Source of the DNA: an uncultured Gemmatimonadales bacterium
GTDB lineage: Bacteria > Gemmatimonadota > Gemmatimonadetes > Gemmatimonadales > GWC2-71-9
DNA: 64,000 bases
Assembly: GCA_963779755.1 (NCBI GenBank)
Contig: CAVZZO010000001.1
Location: forward strand, 1,216,001-1,280,000
Reading direction: 5' to 3'
The notes beneath the pieces are model-generated. The model ran no database searches. It was not told where the DNA came from and saw only the letters and a program-made list of their open reading frames with translations. This document shows, one piece after another, positions 30,626 to 39,811 of this stretch; positions within the stretch are counted from its first letter, which is position 1; every line of letters begins with the position of its first letter. The position numbers were made by a program, and so were the translations under genes.

Positions 30626-31567
30626 TCAGCCACGGTCCGCCTGGCCGGCCTGCCGGCGGTTCTTGCGGATGCTGAGCAGAACCGCGCCCAGCATCATTGC
30701 CAGGATGATCGCCAGCGAAATGCCGATGGGGATGTGAATCCATTCCCCGGCGATCATCTTGACCCCGACGAAGAGCAGAATGGCGGCGACGCCGGGCTTC
30801 AGGTACTCGAACCGGTCGAGCATGCCGGCCAGGATAAAGAAAAGCGAGCGGAGCCCCAGGATGGCGAAGATATTGGAGCTGTAGACGATAAAGGGATCCC
30901 GGGTGACGGCAAAGATGGCGGGGATGCTGTCCACGGCGAACAGCAGGTCGCTGGTCTCGATCATGAGCAGCACCAGCAGGAGCGGCGTCGCCTGCCAGCC
31001 GCGATCGGTGCTGACGAAGAAATCGGGGCCCGAGAACGAGTCGGTGAACGGCAGGATCCGGCGCGCCAGCCGGATGACCGGATTCCGTTCCGGCTCCACC
31101 CGCACCTCCTCCTGGGTGAACATCTTGATGCCGGTGAGGATCACGATGCCGCCGAACACCAGGCTGATCCAGGCGAACCGATGCAGCAGCAGGCCGCCCA
31201 GCAGGATCATCGCGGCCCGCATCACCACCGCACCCAGGATCCCCCACTTGAGCACTCGCGACTGCAGCTCCGCGGGAACGCAGAAATACTGCAGGATAAC
31301 GATAAAGACGAAGAGATTGTCGACGCTGAGAGACAGCTCGATGATATAGCCGGTGTAGTACTCCAGCGCGTGACCCAGGCTCTCGCGATACCAGAGAAAC
31401 ACGCCGAAGAGCAGCGCCAGCGAGATCCAGCCCGCGCTCCATCCCACCGCCTCTTTCATGCTCAGCACGTGCGAGCGGCGGTTCAGCACCCCCAGGTCGA
31501 GGATGAGCATCGCCACCACCAGCACGGTGAAGCCGCCCCAGACCCAGGGGCCGTGATGGCTGATCAC
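30626..31567 (-). CDS. TerC/Alx family membrane protein
   Basis: ELSLSVDNLFVF, VLKWGILGA..MR, DLLFAVDSIPA, SNIFAILGLRSL. Confidence 0.93.
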   Translation of the reverse strand: MISHHGPWVWGGFTVLVVAMLILDLGVLNRRSHVLSMKEAVGWSAGWISLALLFGVFLWYRESLGHALEYYTGYIIELSLSVDNLFVFIVILQYFCVPAELQSRVLKWGILGAVVMRAAMILLGGLLLHRFAWISLVFGGIVILTGIKMFTQEEVRVEPERNPVIRLARRILPFTDSFSGPDFFVSTDRGWQATPLLLVLLMIETSDLLFAVDSIPAIFAVTRDPFIVYSSNIFAILGLRSLFFILAGMLDRFEYLKPGVAAILLFVGVKMIAGEWIHIPIGISLAIILAMMLGAVLLSIRKNRRQAGQADRG

Positions 31568-32394
31568 CGGCCCCGCGCCATCGCCTCCAGCCGCGCGATC
31601 CGCTCTTCGATGGGTGGATGGGTGCTGAAGAGACCCGCCATACCGCGGCCCCGGGCCGCCAGCGGGTTCACCTGCGCCAGCGGCGCCGCCGCCGGCTGGA
31701 GCTGCATGGGAATCTGGTGCGACATGGTATCCAGCCGCCGCAGCGCCCGGGCCAGCGGCAGGGGCTGGCCCAGAATGAGGGCCCCGGTGCGGTCGGCCTC
31801 GAATTCCCGCTGCCGGGAGACCGCCAGCTGGATCAGCATGGCGGCGATCGGCGCCAGGATGATGCCGGCCAGGACGCCCCAGGGATTGCGGTTGTCATCG
31901 CCCCCTCCGAAGAGCAGCAGGTAGGGCACGTAGCTGATCGCCCCGGCAATGCCGGCCGCCAACGTGGTGATCAACATGTCGCGATTTTTCACGTGGGCCA
32001 GCTCGTGCGCCAGGACGCCCTCCAGCTCCTCGGGCGGCATGTACTTGAGGATGCCGCTGGTGACGGCCACGACCGCGTGCTCCGGGTTGCGGCCGGTGGC
32101 GAAGGCGTTGGGTTGCTCGTGCGGTGCGATGGCCAGCCGCGGCATGGGCAGGCCGGCCTTCTGGCGCAGGCGGTCGACCAGATCATACAGCGCCGGGGCG
32201 TCGTCGCGGGTGACCTCCCGGGCCCGGTACATACGCAGCACCATCCGGTCCGAGAAGAAATACATGATGAAATTCATGGCCCCGCCGAGCACCAGGGCCA
32301 GGATCATCCCGCTGCTGCCGCCGACGACGCCCCCCACCGCCACGAACAGGGCGATGAGACCGGCCATGAGCAGGAGCGTGCGAATGTTGTACAC
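31564..32394 (-). CDS. htpX: Zinc metalloprotease HtpX
   Basis: PNAFATGRNP, ELEGVLAHELAH, SRQREFEAD, LFSTHPP.EERI. Confidence 0.95.
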   Translation of the reverse strand: MYNIRTLLLMAGLIALFVAVGGVVGGSSGMILALVLGGAMNFIMYFFSDRMVLRMYRAREVTRDDAPALYDLVDRLRQKAGLPMPRLAIAPHEQPNAFATGRNPEHAVVAVTSGILKYMPPEELEGVLAHELAHVKNRDMLITTLAAGIAGAISYVPYLLLFGGGDDNRNPWGVLAGIILAPIAAMLIQLAVSRQREFEADRTGALILGQPLPLARALRRLDTMSHQIPMQLQPAAAPLAQVNPLAARGRGMAGLFSTHPPIEERIARLEAMARGR

Positions 32395-32511
32395 GGGTTG
32401 CCTCTGTGAGAATACCGATCGGTGGAAGATAGCGACGGCAGGACGGCAGGACTGGAGCCGCAGGATGGCCGCCCGGATACGCCCGCTGGATGGCCCTGCC
32501 GCCCTGTGGTC

Positions 32512-33807
32512 CTAGAACGGCGGGCCTTCCTGATGGACCGGGTCATCCAGCAGAATGGCCTGGAGTTCTGCTCCCGGAGGGGTTTCGAGCTGGCCCTCCG
32601 GAATGATCAGCAGGGCATTGGCGCGGATCATCGAGGTAAGAATGCCGCTGCCCTGAGGCCCGGCCAGCCGCGCCTCCAGGCCTTCATCTCCGGCCTGCAC
32701 CACGCCGCGCAGGAAGTGCTGCAGCCGGGGCCTGAGCAGGATCGGTTCCGCCGCCCGCACGGGCACGGCACGGCGGAAGGGCAGCAGGTGCCCACTCATG
32801 ACCCGGATGGCCGGACGCACGAACAGCTCGAACGTGACCATGGTGCTCACCGGGTTACCCGGCAGGCCGATCCAGGGCAGCTCGCCCAGCAGGCCGAACC
32901 CCACCGGCGCCCCCGGACGCATGCGGAGCCGCCAGAAGCGCAACTCCGAGCCCATGGCCTCGAGGACGCCGCGCAGGTGGTCGTGCTCGCCCACGCTGAT
33001 CCCGGCCGAGGTTACCAGCAGGTCGCAGTCGGTGGCGCGCTCCAGATGGCGGCGCACGCTCTCCGGCGTATCCTGCGCAATGCCCAGATTGACCGGCTCG
33101 CCTCCGGCGCGCCGCACCAGGGCCGTCAGGGTATGGGTGTTGGAGCTGGCGATCTTCCGGCCCGCGAGGATTTCGTCGGCCTGATCCACATCCACGATTT
33201 CATCGCCGCTGCCCAGGATGCCCACGCGGGGGCGGCGGTAGACCAGCGGGTGGCTGACGGCGAGCGATGCCAGCACCCCCAGCTGGGCCGGCCCCAGTTC
33301 GGTCCCGGCGGTCAGTACCGTCTCGCCCTGGCGGATATCTTCGCCCGCCAGGCGGTAGTTGGCGCCGGCGTCGCGATCGCTCCGGATGCGCACTTGCGAG
33401 ACGCCCTGGTCGGTGTCCTCCTGCCGGATGACGCAGTCGGCACCGTCGGGGAGCGGCGCGCCGGTGAAGATCCGGGCGCATTCCCCGGGACCGATCGCGC
33501 TGCCCGGCGCCGCGCCGGCCGCGATGCTGGCCACCACCGGCAGCTGGACCGGGTGCTCCCCGGAGGCTCCCCGGACGTCGTCGGCGCGAACGGCATAGCC
33601 GTCCATGGCCGAATTGGTGTGGGGGGGGATGTCCAACGGGCTGATCAGGTCTTCGGCGAGTACGCCGTCCAGCGCGTCGTCCAGCGGCACCCGCAGCGGC
33701 GGCTGACGGCGAATCTCCTCCAGAATCCGGAGCGCCGCCTCCCGCGCGGACAGCCCGGTTGCGGCCGTCCTGCCGTCCTGCCGTCCTGCCGTCTTGCCGG
33801 GCGTCAT
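32512..33807 (-). CDS. moeA: Molybdopterin molybdotransferase
   Basis: SAMDGYAV, IFTGAPLP.GAD, GDE, SAG.SVG..D, PGNPVS, GSG.LTSM..AN. Confidence 0.95.
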   Translation of the reverse strand: MTPGKTAGRQDGRTAATGLSAREAALRILEEIRRQPPLRVPLDDALDGVLAEDLISPLDIPPHTNSAMDGYAVRADDVRGASGEHPVQLPVVASIAAGAAPGSAIGPGECARIFTGAPLPDGADCVIRQEDTDQGVSQVRIRSDRDAGANYRLAGEDIRQGETVLTAGTELGPAQLGVLASLAVSHPLVYRRPRVGILGSGDEIVDVDQADEILAGRKIASSNTHTLTALVRRAGGEPVNLGIAQDTPESVRRHLERATDCDLLVTSAGISVGEHDHLRGVLEAMGSELRFWRLRMRPGAPVGFGLLGELPWIGLPGNPVSTMVTFELFVRPAIRVMSGHLLPFRRAVPVRAAEPILLRPRLQHFLRGVVQAGDEGLEARLAGPQGSGILTSMIRANALLIIPEGQLETPPGAELQAILLDDPVHQEGPPF

Positions 33808-34331
33808 ATTACCTGCGCGCGATCCCAGGCGATCGAGGCGAGCAGCTGCAGCCAGATGGTGTCGCGGAAGCGAAGCACGTGACAGCGCGCCTCGAAGTCC
33901 TCATCGTCGGTGAGCACGGCCACCCAGTCGTCCGCATTGGGGGCATCTGCCTGGTAGAGGGGCGGGAGGCCCACGGCGGTGCGATAGACCTCGATCTTGG
34001 GCAGGGGTGCCTTCTTGAACCCCTCCACCAGGACGATATCGGCCCCGTCCAGATAGCGGCGCGCCAGCGTCACCGGGTCGGTGGTGTCGGGCGTGCGCTC
34101 GATGACGGCCCGCTGGTCGGGCGCCGCGAGCAGCACCCGCTCGGCTTTGCCCTCGTGGAAGTGCCGGTAGGTGTCGGTGCCGGGCTCGTCCAGGCGCGCC
34201 GGATGGGTGGCGTGCTTGATGGTCATGACCCGGCGGCGGCGACGCACAAACTCGCTGGCCAGGGCCACCACCAGCGTGGTCTTCCCCGAGTTCTTCTGCC
34301 CGATCACCGAGATGATGCGTGTTGCCGCCAC
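33804..34331 (-). CDS. mobB: Molybdopterin-guanine dinucleotide biosynthesis protein B
   Basis: GQKNSGKTTL, IKHA.H, D..GTDT.R, LVEGFK..PKI. Confidence 0.93.
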   Translation of the reverse strand: MAATRIISVIGQKNSGKTTLVVALASEFVRRRRRVMTIKHATHPARLDEPGTDTYRHFHEGKAERVLLAAPDQRAVIERTPDTTDPVTLARRYLDGADIVLVEGFKKAPLPKIEVYRTAVGLPPLYQADAPNADDWVAVLTDDEDFEARCHVLRFRDTIWLQLLASIAWDRAQVI

Positions 34332-34912
34332 AGCCGCTCCGCCAGCGCGAGATCGTCGGGAGTATTGACGTTGAAGAACAGGAACGCCGGATCGCCATGG
34401 CGGCTGACCCGCTCCAGAGGGAGGATACCGACATCGAGGGCGTCATGGAAGGCGATCGCCCGCCGGTCGCCCCGCGCCAGGGCGGCCTCGATAGCGGGGC
34501 GACAGGCGGGGCCGTACGCGGCGCAGAGGGGCTCCACCCCGCGGCGGCCTTCGCTGGCGGGAAGCAGGGCATCGTGGCCCTCAAGGTCCCGGGCCAGCTC
34601 GGCTATCAGGGAGCCCGGCACGAACGGCATGTCCCACGCGACGCACAGGACCGGCGCCGGCCCCTGGGTCACGGCGGTCAACAGGCCGCCCAGGGCGCCC
34701 GTACCCGGCGCCACGTCCGCCACGATCTCCAGCCCCGTGTTCCACTCGCCGGCGGCCGGATCGTTGGCGACCAGCAGTGGCGGCGCGCCGAGCGCCGTGG
34801 CCACGGCTCGCGCCAGCCGGTCCACGATGCGCTCGCCCCCGACCGTCTCCAGCCCCTTGGGCCGCCGGTCGTAGCGCGTCGCCGCGCCGCCGGCCAGAAT
34901 CACCCCGCGCAT
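34304..34912 (-). CDS. mobA: Molybdenum cofactor guanylyltransferase
   Basis: ILAGG..R...K, G.LGGL.TA, DMPF, EPLCA.Y, FNVNTPDDL; alternative start at 34921. Confidence 0.9.
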   Translation of the reverse strand: MRGVILAGGAATRYDRRPKGLETVGGERIVDRLARAVATALGAPPLLVANDPAAGEWNTGLEIVADVAPGTGALGGLLTAVTQGPAPVLCVAWDMPFVPGSLIAELARDLEGHDALLPASEGRRGVEPLCAAYGPACRPAIEAALARGDRRAIAFHDALDVGILPLERVSRHGDPAFLFFNVNTPDDLALAERLWRQHASSR

Positions 34913-34941
34913 TCCCCCCATTGCCCGTGTCCCCGTCGCGG

Positions 34942-34975
34942 AAAAAGGCCCCCTCAGGATAATCCCGAAGGGGCC
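34942..34975 (-). terminator. Intrinsic terminator after the CHRD gene
   Basis: Minus strand GGCCCCTTCGGG-ATTAT-CCTGAGGGGGCC-TTTTT. Confidence 0.8.
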
Positions 34976-35019
34976 CGAGCCATACGACGCCCGCGGGCGC
35001 CGGCTGGCGTGTTGCCGAC

Positions 35020-35655
35020 TTAGCGCGGGGGAAGGCTGGTACTGTCGTGCCCCATCTGGCGCGTGCTCGTAGTGTCGCTGCCCGGCAGAGCGGTGGTGTC
35101 CCGCCCCATCACGCCGGTGCTGGTGGTATCGCGGCCGTAGGCGCTGGTATCGTTCCCCATCGGATTGTTCTGCTTCTGCTGCATCGGCATGTTGCCGTCC
35201 ATCGGCCCGAGGGTCCCTTCGGAGAGCTGCCCGCGGACGGCGCCCTGGGGGAACTTCTCGTTGTGGACGTTCACGTAATAGGCGTCCGGGTTCTCCTGGA
35301 TGTCTTCGATCACGTCCTTGGACGCGGTGGCGCAGTCCTGCACCTGGCCGCTCTCGGGCGCCTTGAGCGTCACGACCGGCGGCCCCGACTTGCCCGCATC
35401 GCCCTTGTGGATGTGCGCCGCGGTGGGCGAATCGACGTTGGACACGCGCAGGGTGTAGCAGATCTGTCCCTGGTCGGGCTTGAGGGTGAGGTTGAAGGTG
35501 CCCGTTCCGTCGGTGGACCCCGGGGTGGGCGCCTCGGCGGCCCCGCTGAGACTGGCTGAGAGGCGGTTCTGGTTCATTTCCGGGTTCTGCGCCTGCGCCG
35601 CGACGGTCAGACCTGCAGACAAGGTCGCGGCAAGGAGAGCTGCTGAGAGTCGCAT
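35020..35655 (-). CDS. Secreted CHRD domain protein with low-complexity DT-rich tail
   Basis: Signal peptide; LSGAAE.P, AAHIH.G..G..GP.V, YVNVH...FP.G.VRGQL; GRDTT-like repeats. Confidence 0.88.
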   Translation of the reverse strand: MRLSAALLAATLSAGLTVAAQAQNPEMNQNRLSASLSGAAEAPTPGSTDGTGTFNLTLKPDQGQICYTLRVSNVDSPTAAHIHKGDAGKSGPPVVTLKAPESGQVQDCATASKDVIEDIQENPDAYYVNVHNEKFPQGAVRGQLSEGTLGPMDGNMPMQQKQNNPMGNDTSAYGRDTTSTGVMGRDTTALPGSDTTSTRQMGHDSTSLPPR

Positions 35656-35807
35656 GGTTCGTCCCTGGTTGTGGAGTACCGTGGGTGGTGCGGCCGGCCG
35701 GCCAGCACCCCTCGCAGCACGTTGGTGCCGCGCCGGGGAAGGGTACGCCCCCGGCACCTCGCGCACGGTGACAGCCGTCACCGGAAATGTGCGTACTTAG
35801 GGAAAGG

Positions 35808-36596
35808 TCAGTAGCGGCGGCTGCGGCGCCCGGCAAGGACAACATCGAACCCGAAGGTCATGCTGACCAGGTGGTGGAGGCTGCGACTGCTTGGTGGTGC
35901 AAGGCCATCTTTCAGTGTGGCGCCCGTCACGACCCGGAGGCTGGTGAGCTGGTCGCGCACCTCCCAGCGCAGTTGATAGCCGGCGCCAAGGGGCGCGGTG
36001 AAGCCGAAGCCCAGGCCGAGCACCGGAGCCGCCCGGTAGCCCGAAGCGTCCACATAAATGGGCACCGTCACCGATTGGCCGCCGGAGTTGTCGATCCCCG
36101 CCAGCGCCAGCGTGCTGTGCTGGGTGAATGCCAGGGCCAGGTGCGCGCGCAGGTAAGGCTGGATGGCGTGGTGCACCCAGGGCCGATATTCCCCGCCCAC
36201 CCCGAATGCCGCGCCCTGCCCCGAGGACTCCCCCGAAATACTGGTGCAGACCGCCGGTCCCCGGTCATTGCCGGTGGCGTAGGCCAGGTGGCATGCGTCC
36301 GCGGTGCCCAGGCCCATCAGCATCATTTCGCCGGTGAACCCCCAGTGCAGGCCGGGGAACCAGGTGGCGTGCACCACCACACTGAGGCTGGAACGCACCC
36401 GGCGGTTCAGGCGCAGGGTGTCCGTGCCGCTGACGTCCTGGAGCGGTTGCGCGCTCACCGTCCAGAGATCGCTGCCGGTGATGACGCCGGCACCGATCCC
36501 GACGCTCAGCTGTGAGATCGGAGCCTGCTGGGCCCCGGCCCGGGCCGGCAGCAGCACCAGCAGGACGGCGAGAAACCGCGTCACACGCCAGCGCAT
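35808..36596 (-). CDS. Hypothetical outer-membrane beta-barrel protein (paralog 2)
   Basis: Signal peptide, amphipathic strands, C-terminal FGFDVVL...RY; similar to 36646-37452. Confidence 0.7.
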   Translation of the reverse strand: MRWRVTRFLAVLLVLLPARAGAQQAPISQLSVGIGAGVITGSDLWTVSAQPLQDVSGTDTLRLNRRVRSSLSVVVHATWFPGLHWGFTGEMMLMGLGTADACHLAYATGNDRGPAVCTSISGESSGQGAAFGVGGEYRPWVHHAIQPYLRAHLALAFTQHSTLALAGIDNSGGQSVTVPIYVDASGYRAAPVLGLGFGFTAPLGAGYQLRWEVRDQLTSLRVVTGATLKDGLAPPSSRSLHHLVSMTFGFDVVLAGRRSRRY

Positions 36597-36645
36597 GAGG
36601 CTCCTTGTCTGAGTGTTCAGCCGTCAGTCCGCAGGTGGCGCTCTC

Positions 36646-37452
36646 CTAGTAGCGATGGCCTCGCTTCCGCTCCAGCACGACGTCGAATCCGAAGGTGACG
36701 GTGATGAGGTTCTTGATGACCATCTTGTGGGGGGGCTCGAGCCCGGGCATGGGGGTGGAGCCGGTCACCTTGTCCACACCGGTGATCTGGTCACGCAGCT
36801 CCCAGCGTAGCTGGTAGCCGGGGCCCACCGCCGCCGTAAAGCCCACACCGAGGCCGAGGACCGGCATGATCTGGCGCCGGGTGGGGTCGGTGAAGATTGG
36901 CACGGTCACGGGGTCGTTGGGATCGGTGTCGTCGATGCCGTCCACCCGAATGGTGCTGTGCTGGGTGATGACGGCGCCCAGATGGGCGCGGGCGTAGGGG
37001 GAGATCACACGATGGCTGGCGACCCGGTAGATCGCGCCGACGCTGAGCGCCACCGCGCTGGCCGCCGAGGTGTTGCCCTGCAGGTTGTTGCAGACGATCT
37101 GCGCCCGGCGGGAGCCCGAGGGCGCCGTATCGGTGCACTGGTCTTCCGTGCCCAGGCCCAGCAGCTGGGCCTCCCCGGTAATTCCCCAGTGATCGCCGGG
37201 GAAATAGGTGCCGTGAAACACCACCGAGAGCGATGAGCGGATGCGGCGGGAAAGACGCAGGTAATCGACCAGCCCGACGGTATCGGCGATCGGCTGGCCG
37301 GAGACGGTCCACAGGTCCGTCCCCGCGGCGATTCCCGCGGCCACTCCGAGGCTGAGGCGGGCCTGGTCGGCCGTTTTCTGCGCGGCCAGGGAGGACGCCG
37401 CTCCGAGTGCCAGCAGGCCCGCCGCCGCGATCCCGTTCAGCAGACTCCGCAT
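36646..37452 (-). CDS. Hypothetical outer-membrane beta-barrel protein (paralog 1)
   Basis: Shares DLWTVS.QP, RSSLSVV.H, GLGT.D.C, TQHST, YQLRWE.RDQ, TFGFDVVL with its neighbour. Confidence 0.7.
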   Translation of the reverse strand: MRSLLNGIAAAGLLALGAASSLAAQKTADQARLSLGVAAGIAAGTDLWTVSGQPIADTVGLVDYLRLSRRIRSSLSVVFHGTYFPGDHWGITGEAQLLGLGTEDQCTDTAPSGSRRAQIVCNNLQGNTSAASAVALSVGAIYRVASHRVISPYARAHLGAVITQHSTIRVDGIDDTDPNDPVTVPIFTDPTRRQIMPVLGLGVGFTAAVGPGYQLRWELRDQITGVDKVTGSTPMPGLEPPHKMVIKNLITVTFGFDVVLERKRGHRY

Positions 37453-37874
37453 CAGCCCCCCAGGAGAGAATGGTGGTCAACCGCGAGACAGCGGTTCATG
37501 ATGACCGGGATGCCCTGCGCTTCCAGGCGCCGGGCACTGGGCTCGCTGACGACGCCCAGCTGCATCCAGACCAGCCCGGGATGGACGGCGAGCATGTGCT
37601 CGACCAGGGCGGGCACGGCCTCCGGCCGCCGGAATACGTTCACAATATCGATTGCCACGCCCGACGCTAGAGCCGAGGGAAGATCGGGATAGACCCGCTC
37701 CCCCAGGATCTGCTCGATTGGTCCGGGCCGCACCGGGATGATGCGGTAACCGGCCCGCTGCAGATAGGCCGCCACCGAGTGGCTGGGACGGGCGGCGCGG
37801 GGGCTCAGGCCCACGACCGCGATCCCCCGGGCCTCGCGGAGCAGGCCCCGCAGCCGGGGATCGTCCGGCCTCAC
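37452..37874 (-). CDS. CoA-binding protein (YccU-like)
   Basis: IAVVGLS....RPS..V..YL...GY.IIPV.P, ILGE..Y, DIVNVFR, WMQLG. Confidence 0.9.
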   Translation of the reverse strand: MRPDDPRLRGLLREARGIAVVGLSPRAARPSHSVAAYLQRAGYRIIPVRPGPIEQILGERVYPDLPSALASGVAIDIVNVFRRPEAVPALVEHMLAVHPGLVWMQLGVVSEPSARRLEAQGIPVIMNRCLAVDHHSLLGG

Positions 37875-38647
37875 GCGCGTTCCGGCGGGCCGGCGCCATG
37901 CCGCTGCGGGGTGCCGCTCACCGCCCGGCCGATCAGGACCATCCCGCTGCGGCGGGCAATCTCCACCGCCAGCGTCGAAGGCACCGAGGGGGTCGCCAGA
38001 AAGGTGAGCCCGGCCCGGGCACCCTTGTACGCCAGCTCGGCGGAAATCCGCCCCGTCACCAGCAACCCCAGCCCGCCGACCGGCCGCCCGGCGAGTAGCG
38101 CCTGGCCGATGACCTTGTCCACGGCGTTATGCCGCCCGATGTCCTCGGCGTGCCCCACCAGGACCTCGCCGTCGGTGAGTGCCGCCGCGTGGATCCCGCC
38201 GGTGTCGCGGTAACGCTCGCCCCGCTGGAAGAGTGCCTTGAATAACTCCCGGAGCCGCTCCGGCGCCGGCGGCTCGGCCCTCGCGGGCTCTTCCCGGATG
38301 GTGGCCGGGTCCGCCAGATAGGTGGAGACGGCTCCGCACCCTGAAGCCAACACAGGACGGCGCCCTTCGGTCTCCACCAGGCGAACCCGTTCGGCGTCCA
38401 GCGTGGCCCAGAAGCCGAGATCGGTGGCGCAGGGCCGCAGTCGGACATCGCCGATCCGCGCGATATAGCCCTCGCCGTAGAGCCAGCCGATGGCCAGTTC
38501 CTCCAGCAGGTCGGGGGTGCACATCCAGGTGACGGCCGGACGCCCGTTGATCTCGAGCCAGACCGGCGTCTCTTCCACGACCGCCCCGGGCGACATGCGC
38601 CCCCGGCGGCGGGTGCCCGCCTCAGGCCTCTCGGCGTCGCTCGGCAT
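37871..38647 (-). CDS. fdhD: Formate dehydrogenase accessory sulfurtransferase
   Basis: E.P....ING, CTP..LEELA.G.L..EG, SGCG, TGG.HAA, EDIGRHNAVDK, TGR.S.E, PS.LAV. Confidence 0.92.
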   Translation of the reverse strand: MPSDAERPEAGTRRRGRMSPGAVVEETPVWLEINGRPAVTWMCTPDLLEELAIGWLYGEGYIARIGDVRLRPCATDLGFWATLDAERVRLVETEGRRPVLASGCGAVSTYLADPATIREEPARAEPPAPERLRELFKALFQRGERYRDTGGIHAAALTDGEVLVGHAEDIGRHNAVDKVIGQALLAGRPVGGLGLLVTGRISAELAYKGARAGLTFLATPSVPSTLAVEIARRSGMVLIGRAVSGTPQRHGAGPPERA

Positions 38648-39032
38648 AGAGAGTCGGATCCTCCGCGACACGCACGCAGTCCAGCCGCACGCCGGAGGGA
38701 AGCTGCGGCGCCAGGCGCTGGTAGAGCTGGTCTGCCAGCGCCTCGCAGGTGGGAAGGGGATGGCCGGCATCGAAGCCGGGGAGGGTATTGAGCCGTTGCC
38801 CGGCCAGCCGGAGGACGACTTCTTCGTGCAACAGCGCATCCAGTGCGGCGAGATCGACCACCATGCCCCCGGCGTCGGGGGTGCCCGAGACCGTTACCGC
38901 ACACTCGTACTGGTGTTCGTGCCACTCGGACACGGCGCCGAATTCACGCCGGTTGGCGGCCTCGTTCCGATCGGGGCGGAACATCCGGTGGGCGGCGGAA
39001 AAGCGGACCACCCGGGTGAGCGAGACCGCCAT
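38622..39032 (-). CDS. 6-pyruvoyl/6-carboxy-tetrahydropterin synthase (QueD/PTPS) family, atypical active site
   Basis: FSAAHR...N...FG, HEHQY, GMVVDL, PTCEALA, VRVAE. Confidence 0.8.
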   Translation of the reverse strand: MAVSLTRVVRFSAAHRMFRPDRNEAANRREFGAVSEWHEHQYECAVTVSGTPDAGGMVVDLAALDALLHEEVVLRLAGQRLNTLPGFDAGHPLPTCEALADQLYQRLAPQLPSGVRLDCVRVAEDPTLYAERRREA

Positions 39033-39036
39033 GACC

Positions 39037-39783
39037 TCAGAAGGAGATGCCCAGCCCCGCCTGCAGCCACAGGCTGCCGTCCCATTTGGACAGCTTGCCG
39101 TTGGTGACGACGGCGTTGGACTGGTCAGGGGTGCCGGGCTGCACGGCAGGCTCCTGCGCATAGCTGCCCGGGTACTTCAATTTCCAGAGGTTGACCTTGC
39201 CGTCCAGGCGCAGGTGCAGGTGGCGGGTGAGGAAGAGCCGCACGCCTGCGCCGGGCGCCACAAAGAGCCGGTTGCCGAATTTGTACCCCGAGGTATCCGA
39301 CGGCGTACTCTGCGAGAGGGCGAAGCCGAAATCGCCGCCGATATAGGGCGCCACACCGTGCCAGGTCTTGGCCCCGGTCAGGTTCAGCTGGAGGCCGCCG
39401 CCGGCGAAGTAGACATACTGGGAGACCGGGCCGGTCACCCGGGTGGCGACGCTGTCGTAGGGATCGATGACCAGCCGCTCCAGCTCTCCGCGGGAGAGCA
39501 CCAGCGCCAGGCCCACCAGGCCGCCCACCCGGATATCATACCGCAGCCCGTAGGTGAGCCCGTGATGGGGGCCGACGCCCAGCGCGCCCCCGTCGCCCCG
39601 GAAGTCGCCCACCAGCGCCGTCCACGTGGCCCCGCGGGGGAGATCCTGGAAGGGCGAATGCCCCGGCGGATGCCCCACCTGCGCGCCGGCCGGCCGGAAC
39701 GGTACCAGGGCCAGCAGCAGGAAGAAAACCGCGATGGTTGACGTGCCGGGATGACGAGTGAACGGCGAAGGGCCGTTTGACAT
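39037..39783 (-). CDS. Hypothetical outer-membrane beta-barrel protein (start uncertain)
   Basis: Signal-like AGA-Q, amphipathic strands, C-terminal GLGISF. Confidence 0.7.
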   Translation of the reverse strand: MSNGPSPFTRHPGTSTIAVFFLLLALVPFRPAGAQVGHPPGHSPFQDLPRGATWTALVGDFRGDGGALGVGPHHGLTYGLRYDIRVGGLVGLALVLSRGELERLVIDPYDSVATRVTGPVSQYVYFAGGGLQLNLTGAKTWHGVAPYIGGDFGFALSQSTPSDTSGYKFGNRLFVAPGAGVRLFLTRHLHLRLDGKVNLWKLKYPGSYAQEPAVQPGTPDQSNAVVTNGKLSKWDGSLWLQAGLGISF

Positions 39784-39811
39784 GGTTCGGAGCCGATCCT
39801 ACGTTGCGGTC

